Of a DNA stretch of 64,000 bases, positions 10,742-23,277 are shown piece by piece. The translations under genes and the position numbers were made by a program. Numbering within the stretch: the first letter of the stretch is position 1; each line of letters starts with the position of its first letter. Under the pieces are notes generated by a model that ran no database searches, was not told the origin of the DNA, and saw only the letters and a list, made by a program, of their open reading frames with translations. The DNA comes from Hyaloraphidium curvatum SAG 235-1 (taxonomy: Eukaryota; Fungi; Monoblepharomycota), in the NCBI GenBank assembly GCA_025558095.1, contig JAIVFI010000043.1, positions 62,001-126,000 on the forward strand, written 5' to 3'.

Positions 10742-13700
10742 ATGGGCCCCGTGGCAGCGCGAGCCGGCGCGGCGCTGTCATGGGTCGGTTTCGCTGACCC
10801 CGGGCTCCACTCGAGGGCGACGAAACTCAAGCCGGACTCTGGAGGTGCTTTGGACACCGCCAGCGTGCCAGACTCCGCAGGCGACGGCCCAGATCTTATG
10901 GCGAGCGCCCCTGGAGTCACCGATTTTGAGTCACCCGAACTCTCTCGCCTGACATTCGGCCCGGGCGTCGGTATCTGGACTGGCATGCTCTCTAGCTTGG
11001 AGCTCCCCGCTCCTCTTGAACGCTGCGTTCCGTGGGGCGCCGCGCTGCTCTCATCCCTCGTCCTGGCCCTCGTCTACGGTGCCCTCTGGGTCATCTGCTC
11101 CGGGTTCCGCACGTTTCAAAACACGTACACGGCGTTTTGGCCACCCACGGGCTTCGCAGGTTCGTTTCTTGAGTGCCCCTTCATCGTGTGGGATGATGTG
11201 GGACTGGAAGCTGACGTGCTTGTCTAGTTGGAGTCACGATCGCGATGGACTTCCGCATTCGTTGGGTTTTCCCTATCCTTGTCTTTGCCGTTGCTTTGCT
11301 CATGGTAAGCTCTGCAACACGGTCTGCGAGGTATGGCAATGGGAGCTGATCCGCCTGTGCTTCGGACTCAGAGGGTGTTCTACCTCGGCCGCCCGTCTGG
11401 TCCGTCGGCGGCATTCGCGGCCGACGTGGCGCTCGAAGTCTTCGGCATCAGCTTGACCACCATCGGCTTCGCTTCGCTGATTGCCAGGAGGCCAGGCGTG
11501 CGGATCGACCTCTCCAACGGCTGGCACGTGCTTTCCTTCGCTCTCGGGATGTCTTGGGCATGTGTCGCTGCGGCGATAAGGGTGACGATCATCACCGCCT
11601 ACACCTCTTGGCAATGGCCCGCGACCTGGGGAGATTCGTACCTGAACGTGCTCGACATTGCGACAGTCTGGTAGGCAAAGACGCTGCCGACTTGATGCAA
11701 TCAAGTGATTCTCCTGCAGCCTCGTCGCGCCCTTCGTCATCTCCGTGGTCAATCAGCGACCGACCTTCCGCGATATTGTCCGCCATCCGGTGGTCACGCT
11801 CGCCTATTTGGTCGACCTGGCTCTCATCGTCACGATCCCGCTAATCGCATACGCCATTCTCACGGGATACTCACTGTTTCCTTTCATGACGGGCCTCTAC
11901 GTCAGCTTTCCCTTGATCAGCGTCATGGCTCCCTTCGTCGGGGTGACTGGCGTCTCGTTCGGATGCCTTTTAAGCGGGTTGAGCGCGGGTGCGACCGCCG
12001 TCGGCCGCTGGAATGCCCTGCCCGAAGATCAGCGTCTGGCTGCGCAGTTCAACATCCGGGATCAAATGCTCTGGATCCAGCTGGTGAGGAAACCGCGCAA
12101 TGCGACAGACTCCGCGCGCGGTAACATTTCCGTCCAGTTCTGCACGATCCTTGTCTTCGCGTCCCTCTCCTTCGTCTCGGTGATCAAAGATCGTGACAGA
12201 GCACGGGAGCATGTCGAGCTTCAAGTGGAACAGAGGACCGAGGAACTTCGGCAGGCTCTCGCTCTCGTGGAGAAGGAACGGGCTCTCGCCCAGGTGGCCG
12301 CGAAGGATAAGGGAGACTTCCTCGACTTCCTGGCCCACGAACTTCGGGTAAGGATCTTTCGCTTCCATCTTTCGGCTCTCCTGAACGCGGCGCCTTGCAG
12401 AACCCCCTCCACGCGGTCGCCAACTTGTCTGAGACGTTGGTGGAGCATTCGGGTCTCTCGCCCGTCCTCTCGCCGTCGCTTCCTCCGCAATCTTTGCTTC
12501 CGCGATCCGAATTCAAGTTCATCGATGGCGGCCCGTTTCCGCGGCGGGCGGCACTCGGTTCCGACGCGTCTCCTTCCGCTTCCGACCAAGGTGCCGACAT
12601 TTCCTCGACGGCACGGGGAATCCAGCTCTGCACTTCCTACATGCTTTCCCTCGTGGAAGAGGTGATGGCCATGAGCAGTTTGGAGAATGGCTCCGAGCGC
12701 GTCCAGATGGCGCCGACGGATCTTCGCGAACTGTTCGGCAAGCTTTTGGCAGCGGTCTCGGCATCGGCCACGGGTTGCACGGGGTCGAGTTCCTTGGCAA
12801 TGTTGGCGACAGAGTTCCGGCTATAGCGGAAACGGATCTCGGCAAGATGCTTCGCGTTGTCAATGCTCTTGCCAACTGCTGGTGGGTTGCGGCGGCGGCT
12901 GGAATGATTCGAAAGCCGCTGACGTCTTCGAAGCCTGAGCAGGACCGTTCAAGGGGACAAGGTCGCACTCGAGATTGATTTTGAACCGTCCAGCAACGTG
13001 TCGAGGGCTTCGAATACTTCGCAGGAGGGCGCTGTTCTAGTGCAGCTCGGCGAACCTGATCTCGCGCGCGCCGCGAACGGCTTCCTTGTCGTCTCCTGCT
13101 CCAGTTCAAGGCTGCCCTCGGACATGAAAACCCTGGAGAACTTGTTCCATCCGTACTCGATCACAGCCGCCGTGGGCGCGTCGGAGTACTCTGGCTCCGG
13201 GCTCGGTGGGATTGCTTTCGTGGGCCGGTTTGTGACTAGCTAACCCTTGTACCTTCCAGGCCTCGCCATTGCGGATAGAATTTCTCGCCTCATGGGTGGC
13301 CAGGTCGCCGTCGAGCGCGTCGGGAGCCAAGCCGGACCCGAGGCGCAGGCGCCGGTGAAGCTCGTCTTTCGGCTCCCGATCAAGGTCGTAGAGGCCCGGC
13401 CTCCTGAGTCTGCGGCTGCGGCGACAACAATAACCGCTTTACCGTCGCCCATCGTGCTGAACGACGTTGGATCGAGTCTGGATTCTTTGCCCACGGGAAC
13501 CACGCCGTGGCCTCGCACTTCCTCCAACGTCAGCGGCGCATCTATTTCGACGTTGCCATCTGCCTCCGCATCCGTTCAGCCGGCGACTCGATCGCGTCGC
13601 AGGATGCTAGTGACGGACGACTCGCAGATGAACCGCAACATTCTGGTGCGCATCCTCAACAAGATCATTTCCGACTGGCGGCCTGAGCCTGGAGTGGAGT

Positions 13701-14268
13701 GGCCCGTGGAAGAGGCAGAGAATGGACAGGAAGCCGTGCGAAAGGTCGCCGAGCGAGTCAAGAGCGTGGAAGGCGGGCTGGACGAGATCGACGTCGAGGA
13801 CCGCTACGTTGTCTGCTTCATGGACGTGGTGAGCTTTCATGCCGCGGCGGTGCTCCTCCGCGGTCTCATGCGTTGCTTTTCCGTCGCACAGATCATGCCT
13901 GTCATGGATGGTGGGCATCCATTGGATCCTCTCCCGAAAGCTAACGACTTCCGGGCCCTCCGCAGGCTTGAAAGCCACGAGACGCATAACGTCCCTTACA
14001 GCCCCAGAGGAGGACGGATCGTCGGGTCGGCGACATCCGCCGGTGCCGGTGATAATCACGACTGCCAATCGCGTGACGGGCTCTCCGGAGGCGGAGGAGG
14101 TACGCGGCGGAATCTGGTCATCAACCGGATGGTGATGCTGACCGTGGATGCCTTCTCCAGGAATGGCGATCCGTGGGCGCGTGCGACGCGATCTCGAAGC
14201 CCTTCGGTCGAGACAAGATCGAGCTGCTCCTCAACGCGCACTGCTTCGGCGGCGCTAGGTCAGCCTGA
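10742..14268 (+). CDS. Membrane-bound hybrid histidine kinase (multi-TM sensor, HisKA, HATPase, receiver); start uncertain (10742 or 10986)
   Basis: H-box FLAHELR|NPLHAV, G2 box GSGLG|LAIADRISRLMGG, receiver VTDDSQMNR...EAENGQEAV...FMD..MPVMDG...SKPF; TGA at 14266-14268. Confidence 0.85.
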
Positions 14269-14427
14269 CTATGGTTATGGCTAGGACATGGACGCGGAGT
14301 GCTGCGGGTGTGTGCCAGTGGGCTCAGTAATGTAGTTGGATCGGTAACTGGTCAATCTATAATGCTCTACATCATGTAACGCGGAATGTCCAAAGTGGTC
14401 CAAGAGGCAGGTCCAACTCCAACGGCA

Positions 14428-16164
14428 TCAGTACTTCATGCAGTACATCTCATAGCGTTCCTGTCGAAGCGAACAATTGGGTTAGTTCCGCCCGCCATAG
14501 CACGCGCCAGTCGCACCTTGTCCGGCAGCTTCTGCACGTAGTCGGCAATGAACCGGTTCGTCGTCGAGAACACCCTGGCAAAGTCCCGTCCCATGGCTTC
14601 TTGCAGCACGGTGTCCTCCTTGAAGGCCGCGAGGGCCTCGTCCAGCGAACCTGGCGCAGGTGTTATCTTGTTCCGCCCCCGCACTTCGTCCGAGGCGTCG
14701 GCAGGATCCATGGTCGTCTCGGGCGGCAGCTCCAGCTTTCGCTCGATACCATCCATGCCGGCGGCGAGGATCATGGCGATGGCGAGGTAGGGATTCGAGG
14801 TGGAGTCGGGCAGCTGGAATGGATGCGCGCGTCGGACAAAGAGTTGCGGGAGACAGACCCAACAAAACATACCTTGAGCTCGATGTTCGAAAGCTTCCCT
14901 CCAGGGCAGCACACCCGGATCGCTGCTTCCTTGTTCTCGCGGCCCCAGCAGGAGTACACGCCCGCCCACATGTGGCTCTTGGCCCGAGCTGCGATCACGA
15001 AGAAGAGCGATGAGCACGGACCAGCGCAGCAAGTCTCCTTGTACCAACCATACGACATCTCTGTCGGTAGAATGACGGCACAGAGACCGGGCAAGTGCTC
15101 CAAGATGCCGGCCATGAAGTACTTGCCCATTTGCGAGATGCCGTACTCCTCCCGATCGTCCTCGAGAGAGTTCGATCCGGATGCGATATCTCGGAGCGAA
15201 AAGTGCTGTGGTGGAATGTCAAAAACCCGTCCGGTGATGCAAAACGAACCTCCACGGACCATGTGCCCGCCGTTGCCGATCTCCTTCTCTCCCAGGGGCT
15301 TCGGCGCCATAGTCGCCTTGTAGCCGTGCTCCATGGCGACCGCCTTGACCGCTTGGCGAGTGTAGACGATGTTGTCGGCCTGCTTCAGCGCTTCGTACGG
15401 GGCGAGGGAGAATTCCCACTGGATGTTGCCGCCCTCGTCGTGCCAGTTGTTGAGGTCGATGCCGGCGGCGCCCAGGGTCGAGCAGATGCTGTCCATGACC
15501 TTTGCAGGCTTGCCGAGGAGGCCGGTCATTTCCCCGCACTGCGTCTTGAGCCACATCGCCGGCATTCCAGTCTCCTGGAACTCGGTGAACATGTGGAACT
15601 CGAATTCGGGCCCGACGACCAGCTCCGCGTTGAACTTGTCGCGCAGGCGGCCGAGGTGCTTCTTCAGCAGTGAGCGCGGGCAGTACTCCCACGGAACCGA
15701 TGCATCCGTGTATAGATCCGCGGCGCACCAGTAGTTGGTCGGGTGGTACGGCAGCGGCTTCAGGGAGGAGAGGTCCGGCTTCCAGTTGACGGCGCCGACG
15801 CAGCCGAACGTGTCGGGAGGCAGTCCCGACGCCATGAGGTCCTGCGGCCCGATGATCATGTAGGCATACGGACACTGAGCTCCCTTGTCGGCGACGCTGG
15901 AGAAGAACCGCTTGGTGGGGAAGACATGGCCGCGCGCGATCCCGCTGGCAACGTGCGTTGGAGACGAGGGCGACAGGCCGAGCGGGGACGAGGAACTCAC
16001 GCGACGTTCATCATGCACACCCGAACTCCGACCACACCCTCCGTGACCGCACGTTTCCACAGGGAAGAGCGTTCCTGGGCCCCGTCCTCCTTGACGCCGC
16101 GCGCGGGCGGCTTGGTGTTGGCCTCCTCATCCCGCAGCGAGCCCAAGTCCGAAGCCGGAGACAT
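14428..16164 (-). CDS. Glutamine synthetase type I-like (GlnA/FluG-like) protein, multi-exon
   Basis: GPEFEF, WHDEGGNIQWE, MAPKP...GNGGH|HFS, WGRENKEAAIR, NIELK|LPDSTSNPYLA. Confidence 0.85.
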
Positions 16165-16681
16165 TGCGAGGGACCGCAAGTAGAATGTAAGTCTGAGCGG
16201 ATTCCCTGACACGCGGACGCGGAGATGGTGGAGGAGGACTCGTTATCTGCGCACCGATCCTGCGATCGGCCGCCCGGCCGCCCCGCCGCTCGCACAGCCA
16301 CTCGTCGAGGCGGCACGGAGCATTTACGCCAATGCCAGTTGGGAGGCAAGAGACGCTTTAAGCTTCTTGTTCATCTCGCACGAGTCTAACGTCGATGGAC
16401 CGGAAGCTCTTCTGGCGCAGGGACCAGCTTTGGCTGCATCACGACGAAGCAAAGGCCTGTACAGGCCGCAGTCCGAGTAAAAATGGTAGGTAGAGCGAGG
16501 GAATGAACTTGGAGACAACGTGATTTGCTTGGCATGACTTTTGCTCCGAGTTTCCTGGTCGAAGGGGCATGCTGAGGGGCGTCTCTGTCTCCGAAGTTGA
16601 CTTGCGCTCGATCGCGCGCGCTCACGCCACTGCCCCGCCTTCCGTTTTTTCGCGCACTCCCTGGGCCCCTCCGGACCGGAA

Positions 16682-17963
16682 ATGGCCGCCGTTTGGACCG
16701 AGCCCATTGCGGAGAAGCCGGCGTCGCTGGCCGGCGTGCTGCTCGGCATGGGCAACCCGCTCCTGGACATTTCGGCCGACGTGCCCGCGTCCCTGCTGGA
16801 GAAGTACGGGCTCGAGGCCAACTCGGCCATCCTGGCGGACCCCGAGAAGCACGCGCCGCTGTACCCCGAGCTGGTCTCGCAGTACAAGGCCGAGTTCGTG
16901 GCCGGCGGCGCCACGCAGAACGCGATCCGCGGCGCCCAGTGGATGCTGCCGAAGGGCTCGACTGTCTACATCGGGTCCGTGGGCAAGGACAAGTACGCGG
17001 AGGAGCTGAGGCACGCCGCCGAGAGCGACGGCGTCGTTGTCAAGTACTATGAGGTTGGTAGGCGGCCGGGCGGGGCGGTTGGAGGCCGGTGACTGGGAGG
17101 ACTCGGTTGCCTTCTTCGGAATGGCATTCTCTCTTTTGCGGCTCTGTTCCTGCCCTCTTTCCCACCGTTCGAGCCTTATCTTACCACCTTGCCCGCGATT
17201 CTCTCCAGGACGAGGCCCAAACCGGCACCTGCGCCGTGCTCCTGACGGACGGCGGCCGCAACCGCTCCCTCGTCGCCAACCTCTCGGCCGCCAACAACTA
17301 CAAGCTGGCCCACCTGGAATCCGAGGAGATCTGGAAGGGCTTCGTCGAGAAGGCCAAGTTCTACTACATCGAGGGCTACTTCTTCACCGTCTCGCCCGAA
17401 TCGATCCTGAAGCTGGCCAAGCACGCCGCCGAGGCGGGCAAGATCTTTGCCCAGAACCTCTCGGCCCCCTTCCTGCCGCAGTTCTTCACCGCGCCCATGG
17501 ACGAGGCCAGCCCGTACTGGGACATCATCTTTGGCAACGAGGCCGAGTTCGAGGCCTGGGGCGTCGCGCACAAGTACGAGGACCCCAAGGACCTCAAGAA
17601 GGTCGCGCTCGAGGTGTCGAAGCTGCCCAAGGTCTCTAAGAGGGACCGCATGGTGGTGATCACGCAGGGCGGGGACCCCGTGATCGTGGCGTACAAGGGC
17701 GAGGTCAAGGAGTACCCCATCATCAAGATCGACAAGGAGAAGATCCTGGACACCAACGGCGCCGGTACGTTCGTTCCATTGGCCGTCGGCGGCACGGGTT
17801 CTTACGCCGTCCTCCAGGCGACGCCTTTGTCGGCGGCTTCCTCTCGCGCCTCGTGCTCGGCGAGTCGGTCGACCGCTGCGTCGGCGCGGGCAACTACTGC
17901 GCCAACTGCGTGATCCAGCGCAACGGCGCCACCTACCCGCCGACGGCGCCCGAGTTCAAGTAG
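16682..17963 (+). CDS. ADK: Adenosine kinase (PfkB family)
   Basis: GMGNPLLDISA, AGGATQNAIR, TGTCAVL, NRSLVANLSAAN, NLSAPF, FGNEAE, DTNGAG|DAFVGGF. Confidence 0.93.
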
Positions 17964-19523
17964 GCCGGCACGGCCACGGACCCGGACCGCCTGCCGCGGG
18001 ATGCTCCGCGCCGACGGATGGCGCGGGGGCCCGGAGGCAGCCTATTCCCGCGCACGGATGGCGCCCTAGAACCCCGTCGGGGCAGTATCTGGATACCGCT
18101 TCCCAGTAATAGAGTAACCATTGTCTGACATTGGCGCAACGAAACGCGGAGTCCGCGCACATCGGATCGCAACCTATGCGAGCCGCCCCTGACTCCAACT
18201 GGGAACTGCAGCCGTGCCCACACCAGAGCGGGGCGGGAGAGGAAGGTTCGGGCTAGCGTTGAGCCCAGCGGGCCCCGAGCCGCTTTCGCCGCCGGCCGCG
18301 GGCGGCCGTCGGCGCGGCGCTTCGGGTGCTACTGCGCCCACGAACCGATAGCGAAAAAAAAGACCCTCCTGACTGACTGCATGAAGTTGCGCGGATTGGC
18401 CCACAAGCTCGAGAGTGAAAGGCGCCTGGTAGCTCGGCGATCCTGCACTTGGCGCCGAGCGGGCCCGGGCAGATGGGGGATCGAGCAACGAAAGAAGAAG
18501 CGCGGCAAGGGCATCGCAGCCACATCACATGCCTCGCGGAGGCGGCGAAAGGGGAACCTGGAGCGGTAACTGCCCGTGGGACTTAGAGGTTTCGCTGCAC
18601 TTGTGCCACGGCCGTTTCCGCCCCGCGGGAGGTCCAGGGGAGCTGCATTCGGGTCTGGAGGGGAGGTCCGGCCACCAATCGACATCCCCGGAAGTGCGAA
18701 ACGTGAAGAAAGGTGTGGGTAGACGATTTCTATCGATCGGAATCCGTTCCGCACTGCTTGAGAGATGTCCGATGGCCACGTAGGCGTGTTCCGCTCCTGC
18801 GTGGGTGGCTGTGGCGGACAGCTCCGAGCCCCTCCCCCGGGAGCCCCGCGCCCAAAACCCGTAGTCCAACGATACAAAACGGTTCCCATTCCCCCGGCCT
18901 GCAGTGCCCATTTGATGTTGTGCCCAGGATCTTGGATTTGAGGGCGGCAGATGCGCAACCGGCGCCACCGCATCCCCCTCTCCAATACTCCCGCCGCTGG
19001 CCCATGACCGCCGAAATCTAGCGCAGGGCATCTATCGGTAGCATTTTCTGATGCCGCAATGTCGCGATGTTGGATGGAGGACGTGGGATGTTCGTTCGGT
19101 TTGATTACCACGATTGGGGGGTGGACCCACCCGGCCGGGACTTGCCGCGCAGATAAGCACCTGCCCGACGACGAATCGCATAAAGAGCGACGTCAACCAC
19201 CACGCCAGGCCACCACTCGTCACCTCGCTTCGACACAGGTGAGCACCCGCGGCCTGAGCCCACGGCCTTCGCTGCGAGCGAGCGCCGGCAACGGCGCCCG
19301 ACGTCATGGCCGGCGCCGATGCCGATGCCGTTGCGCCGCCACCGGCCGCCCATCGCGGGGCGGCAGGCGCCCGGCGGGTCTCCAGCTGCGCGGCCGCCGC
19401 GACGCCGATCTCGGTGTCCCGGGCCCCGCGCGCCGCCGCCCGGTCACGCGCCCGCCCGCGCCGCCTGAACCCCGCTGATCCCCGCCCTCCCCCCCGCCGC
19501 ACGCAGCCGCCGTCGTCGCCACG

Positions 19524-21445
19524 ATGCTCGGGCAGCCCGCAGATGTGCAGCGCGCAGCGCTGGAGCTCGTGCACCAGCTCCTCAAGCGCCAGGATGAGAA
19601 CGCTACCGAGCCCACGCCAGACCAGGGCCCGGCCGCGCCGCCGGACACCTACCAGTCCGGCAACACCGGCTTCGTGCTCATGTGTGCGGTTAGTTTCGGC
19701 CGCAGAGCCTGCACGGGGCCTCCCCCGGCGGGCCTGGTCCGCCCGCTCCACGGATCACTGATCCTGATCCCCCTTCCCCAACCAGGCGCTCGTCTTCCTC
19801 ATGATCCCCGGCCTCGGCTACTTCTACTCGGGTCTCGCCCGGTCGAAGAACGCCCTCTCCCTCATCTTCATCTGCTACCTCTCCGTCACTGTCGTCGCCC
19901 TGCAGTGGTTCCTCTTCGGCTACTCGCTGTCGTTCGCCCCCTCGGGCAACGTCTTCATGGGCAACTGCGACTTCTGCCTGCTGCGCCAGGTCTGGTGGGA
20001 CGTCCCGTCGGGAGCCATCTCGTCCATCAGCTTCTGCTTGTTCCAGCTGATGTTCGCGTCGATCGTGAGTACCTTCTCCCATGGGCCGCACGATCAGCCT
20101 TGTGCTGGTCGACGGTGCGTTCTGGGCGACGCTGCCGCATGCCGGACTACACGCAGATCATCTGACTTCTTTTCCCACCCCCAGACGCCCGCCCTGATCT
20201 TCGGGTCGGCCGCCGAGCGCATCCGCGTCATCCCCTCGGCCGTCTTCATCTTCATCTGGGCGACCATCGTCTACGACCCCCTCGCCTTCTGGGCCTGGGG
20301 CCCCACCGGCTGGGCCAAGACCCTCGGCGTGCTCGACTTTGCCGGCGGCACCGTCGTGCACATCTCCTCGGGCTTCTCCTCGCTCGCCTACGCCTACGTC
20401 GTCGGCAAGCGCCACGGCGAGGGCCACGAGTTCAAGCCCCACTCCGTCTCGAACGTCGCCCTCGGCACCGGTGAGTTTGCGCGCTTCAGCGGCGCCGCGA
20501 TCCGCCTGATCGCTGATCACTGATCGCATGCATAACTTCCCCTCCCCACCCCAGCCATGCTCTGGTTCGGCTGGTTCGGCTTCAACGGCGGCTCCGCCCT
20601 CGCCTCCAACGACCGCGCCGCCATGGCCTGCCTCGTCACCCACCTGTCTGCCGCCGTCGCCGGCGGCGTCTGGTCGCTCCTCGACTTCATCCGCAAGAAG
20701 AAGTGGTCGCTCGTCGGCTACTGCTCCGGCGCCGTCGCCGGCCTCGTCGGCATCACCCCCGCCTCCGGCTTCGTGTCCCCGGCCTCGTCGCTCGCCATCG
20801 GCGCCCTGACCTCGCTCTGCTGCCACTTTGCCGTCGAGCTCAAGCACAAGCTCGGCTACGACGATGCCCTCGACTGCTTCGGTAGGCATTCCCGTGCACC
20901 ATTGCCCGGATCGGACATCATCTGACCCCTTTCCCCCTCCAGGCGTGCACGGCGTCGGCGGCTTCATCGGCTGCCTCCTCACCGGCATCTTTGCCGACTC
21001 GACCATCGCCACCCTCGACGGCGCCGTCATCCCCGGCGGCTGGCTCAACCAGAACTGGATCCAGTTCCCCATCCAGCTCGCCGGTGCCGCCGCCGGTGCC
21101 GCCTGGTCCTTCGTCATCTCCTTCATCCTCCTGTTCGCCATGAACAAGATCCCCGGGCTGCAGCTCCGCCTGCCCAAGGACGCCGAGCTGCTCGGCACCG
21201 ACCAGGCCGAGCACGGCGAGGACGCGTACGAGTACGTCAGCACGTGAGTCTCCACCCTCGCCATGCGCTGTGGTGCACCCGCCTGACCCTCCCCCTCCCC
21301 ATGCAGCCTCTCGCAGACCCAGGAATGGGGCTACTCCGGCTCCGCCTCGGCCGACAAGAAGGCCGCCCTCGCCGAGGTCCAGGCCGTGCCGCCCGCTGAG
21401 ATCGCGGAGACCAAGCCCGCGGTGACCGCCGAGCAGGCCGTGTAA
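19524..21445 (+). CDS. Ammonium transporter (Amt/Mep)
   Basis: MIPGLGYFYSG, FQLMFA, AAER, DFAGGTVVHISSG, LWFGWFGFNGGS, GLVGITP, DDALDCFG|VHGVGG. Confidence 0.95.
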
Positions 21446-21951
21446 GCCCCCAGCGGGCGGTATGGGGCCTTGTAGGCGCCCCCCGGGAGGCGGTAGAGAG
21501 ACCTGCTAGAAGGTAGAATGTGGACTCGTTTCATGTAGGGTTGGATTTGGAGCTGCACTTTTCTTTGAAGTCAGACTGTTGCGACGCCCATGCCCGACTT
21601 CCACGGACGGGTGTGACCCAACAGATGTGATGTTGCCTGGTCCGAAGCTCGTCGGGGTCGGCTGGTCCGAAGCTGGTCGGAAGATGTCGATCCTGTCGCC
21701 GACGTCGCTGATCAAGGGCCGAATGGATTATAGATCAGCTTCCGTGATTCCACTTCGGCAATAGCTGCGTGTTTGCCTCCGTTTCGAGCACTGTGATCAG
21801 TTTGGGAAGGGGTCGCGGCAGTGTTGTCGCGCCTTCCCCAAGCTGCACCGCCCGCCCGGCCCACACAACCGAGCGCCCCGCTCTCCATGCCTCCCTCTCC
21901 GCCGCGGGATCTCGCAAGCCTCTGATACTGCGCGCCGCCCGCCCCGCCGCC

Positions 21952-23115
21952 ATGTCCGGCGTCCCGCGCGTCACGCAGGCGGTCGCCATCAGCGCGTACT
22001 GTTTGAGCAGCCTGTTGATGCTGCTCACAAACAAGCACGTCCTGTCGGGCTACAAGTTCACGGCGTCGTTCCTGCTGCTCGCCGTGCAGTGCGGCGCGAC
22101 CGTCGGGCTGCTCGAGGCCTTTCGTGCCGGCGGGCTGCTGAGCCGGCGCGAGTTCCGCTGGGCAGAGGCAAAGGCGTGGAGCCCCGTCAGCCTGCTGCTC
22201 GTGGCCATGATCTACACCAGCACAATGGCGCTGGCGCATTTTTCCGTGGGTTCCAACCGCCCCGCCGCGCCGGCCGCCCTCACGCCACCCCCTGGTCTCG
22301 CCGGGACCCCGGCCCCACAGATACCCCTCTTCACCGTCATGAAGCACTTCACGATCATCGCGATCGCCTTCTCGGAGCGCTTCTTCCTCAACGGCGCGCC
22401 CGTGACGCCGCTGGTCATGGTCTCGTTCGTCCTCATGATCGTCTCGGCCATCGTCGCCGGCTGGGGCGACCTGCGGATAAAGACGGGCGCCGAGGACCGC
22501 TGGAAAGCCTACGCGTGGATGTTTGCCAACTGCGTCGCCTCGGCCGCCTACTCGGTTGGCATGCGCGGCGCCATGCTGCACACGCACTTCAAGGACTTTG
22601 ACGTCGTGTTCTACAACAACCTCCTCGCCCTCCCCCTCCTCCTCATCCTCTCCTTCGTCTTCGAACCCACCGCCTGGACCGAGCAGCGGTTCTCGGCGCT
22701 GCCCCCTTCCTCCTTCAGCCCGCAGACGCTGGGCTGGCTCGTCCTCGTGACGGGCATCGTGAGCTTCGCCATCAGCTACACGACCTCGTGGTCCGTGCGC
22801 AGCGTGGGGAGCACGTCGACCTCCGTGGCCGGCGCGCTGAACAAACTGCCCGTCGCGGTCACGGGCATGCTTGTTTTCGGGGACCCGGTGACGGTCACGT
22901 CCGTCGGAGGCGTCCTGCTCGGTGGGCCCCGCGCCTCCTGCCCCGCGGCCGCATGCTCATTGTTCCCCGCAGCTTTCTTCGGCGGGCTGCTCTACACCCA
23001 CGCCAAGACGCGGGAAAAAGCCGCGCCGCCGGCTCTGGACGTCGAGAAGGCGGAGAAGGAAGCCAAGAAGCCTCTGATGGAGGAGGAAGCGGAGAAGCAG
23101 TCGGCCAATCCCTAG
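21952..23115 (+). CDS. GDP-mannose transporter (VRG4-like nucleotide-sugar transporter)
   Basis: NKHVLS, FYNNLL and the GALNKLP GDP-sugar motif; two apparent in-frame introns (~22248-22320, ~22923-22972). Confidence 0.85.
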   Translation: MSGVPRVTQAVAISAYCLSSLLMLLTNKHVLSGYKFTASFLLLAVQCGATVGLLEAFRAGGLLSRREFRWAEAKAWSPVSLLLVAMIYTSTMALAHFSVGSNRPAAPAALTPPPGLAGTPAPQIPLFTVMKHFTIIAIAFSERFFLNGAPVTPLVMVSFVLMIVSAIVAGWGDLRIKTGAEDRWKAYAWMFANCVASAAYSVGMRGAMLHTHFKDFDVVFYNNLLALPLLLILSFVFEPTAWTEQRFSALPPSSFSPQTLGWLVLVTGIVSFAISYTTSWSVRSVGSTSTSVAGALNKLPVAVTGMLVFGDPVTVTSVGGVLLGGPRASCPAAACSLFPAAFFGGLLYTHAKTREKAAPPALDVEKAEKEAKKPLMEEEAEKQSANP

Positions 23116-23277
23116 ATGTGCTTTACCATGTGGCATGCCATAGAGCTCTGAATGCTCTTTTGCTCGATCGTAGGGCCCTCCGTGGCTTCGGGGAGACTCC
23201 TGACTGTGGTGCGTACCAGCGGCGGCTCATCAAAACACCCGACCCCTCCCCTTCCGTCCCTCCCCTCCGCAGCCGCG

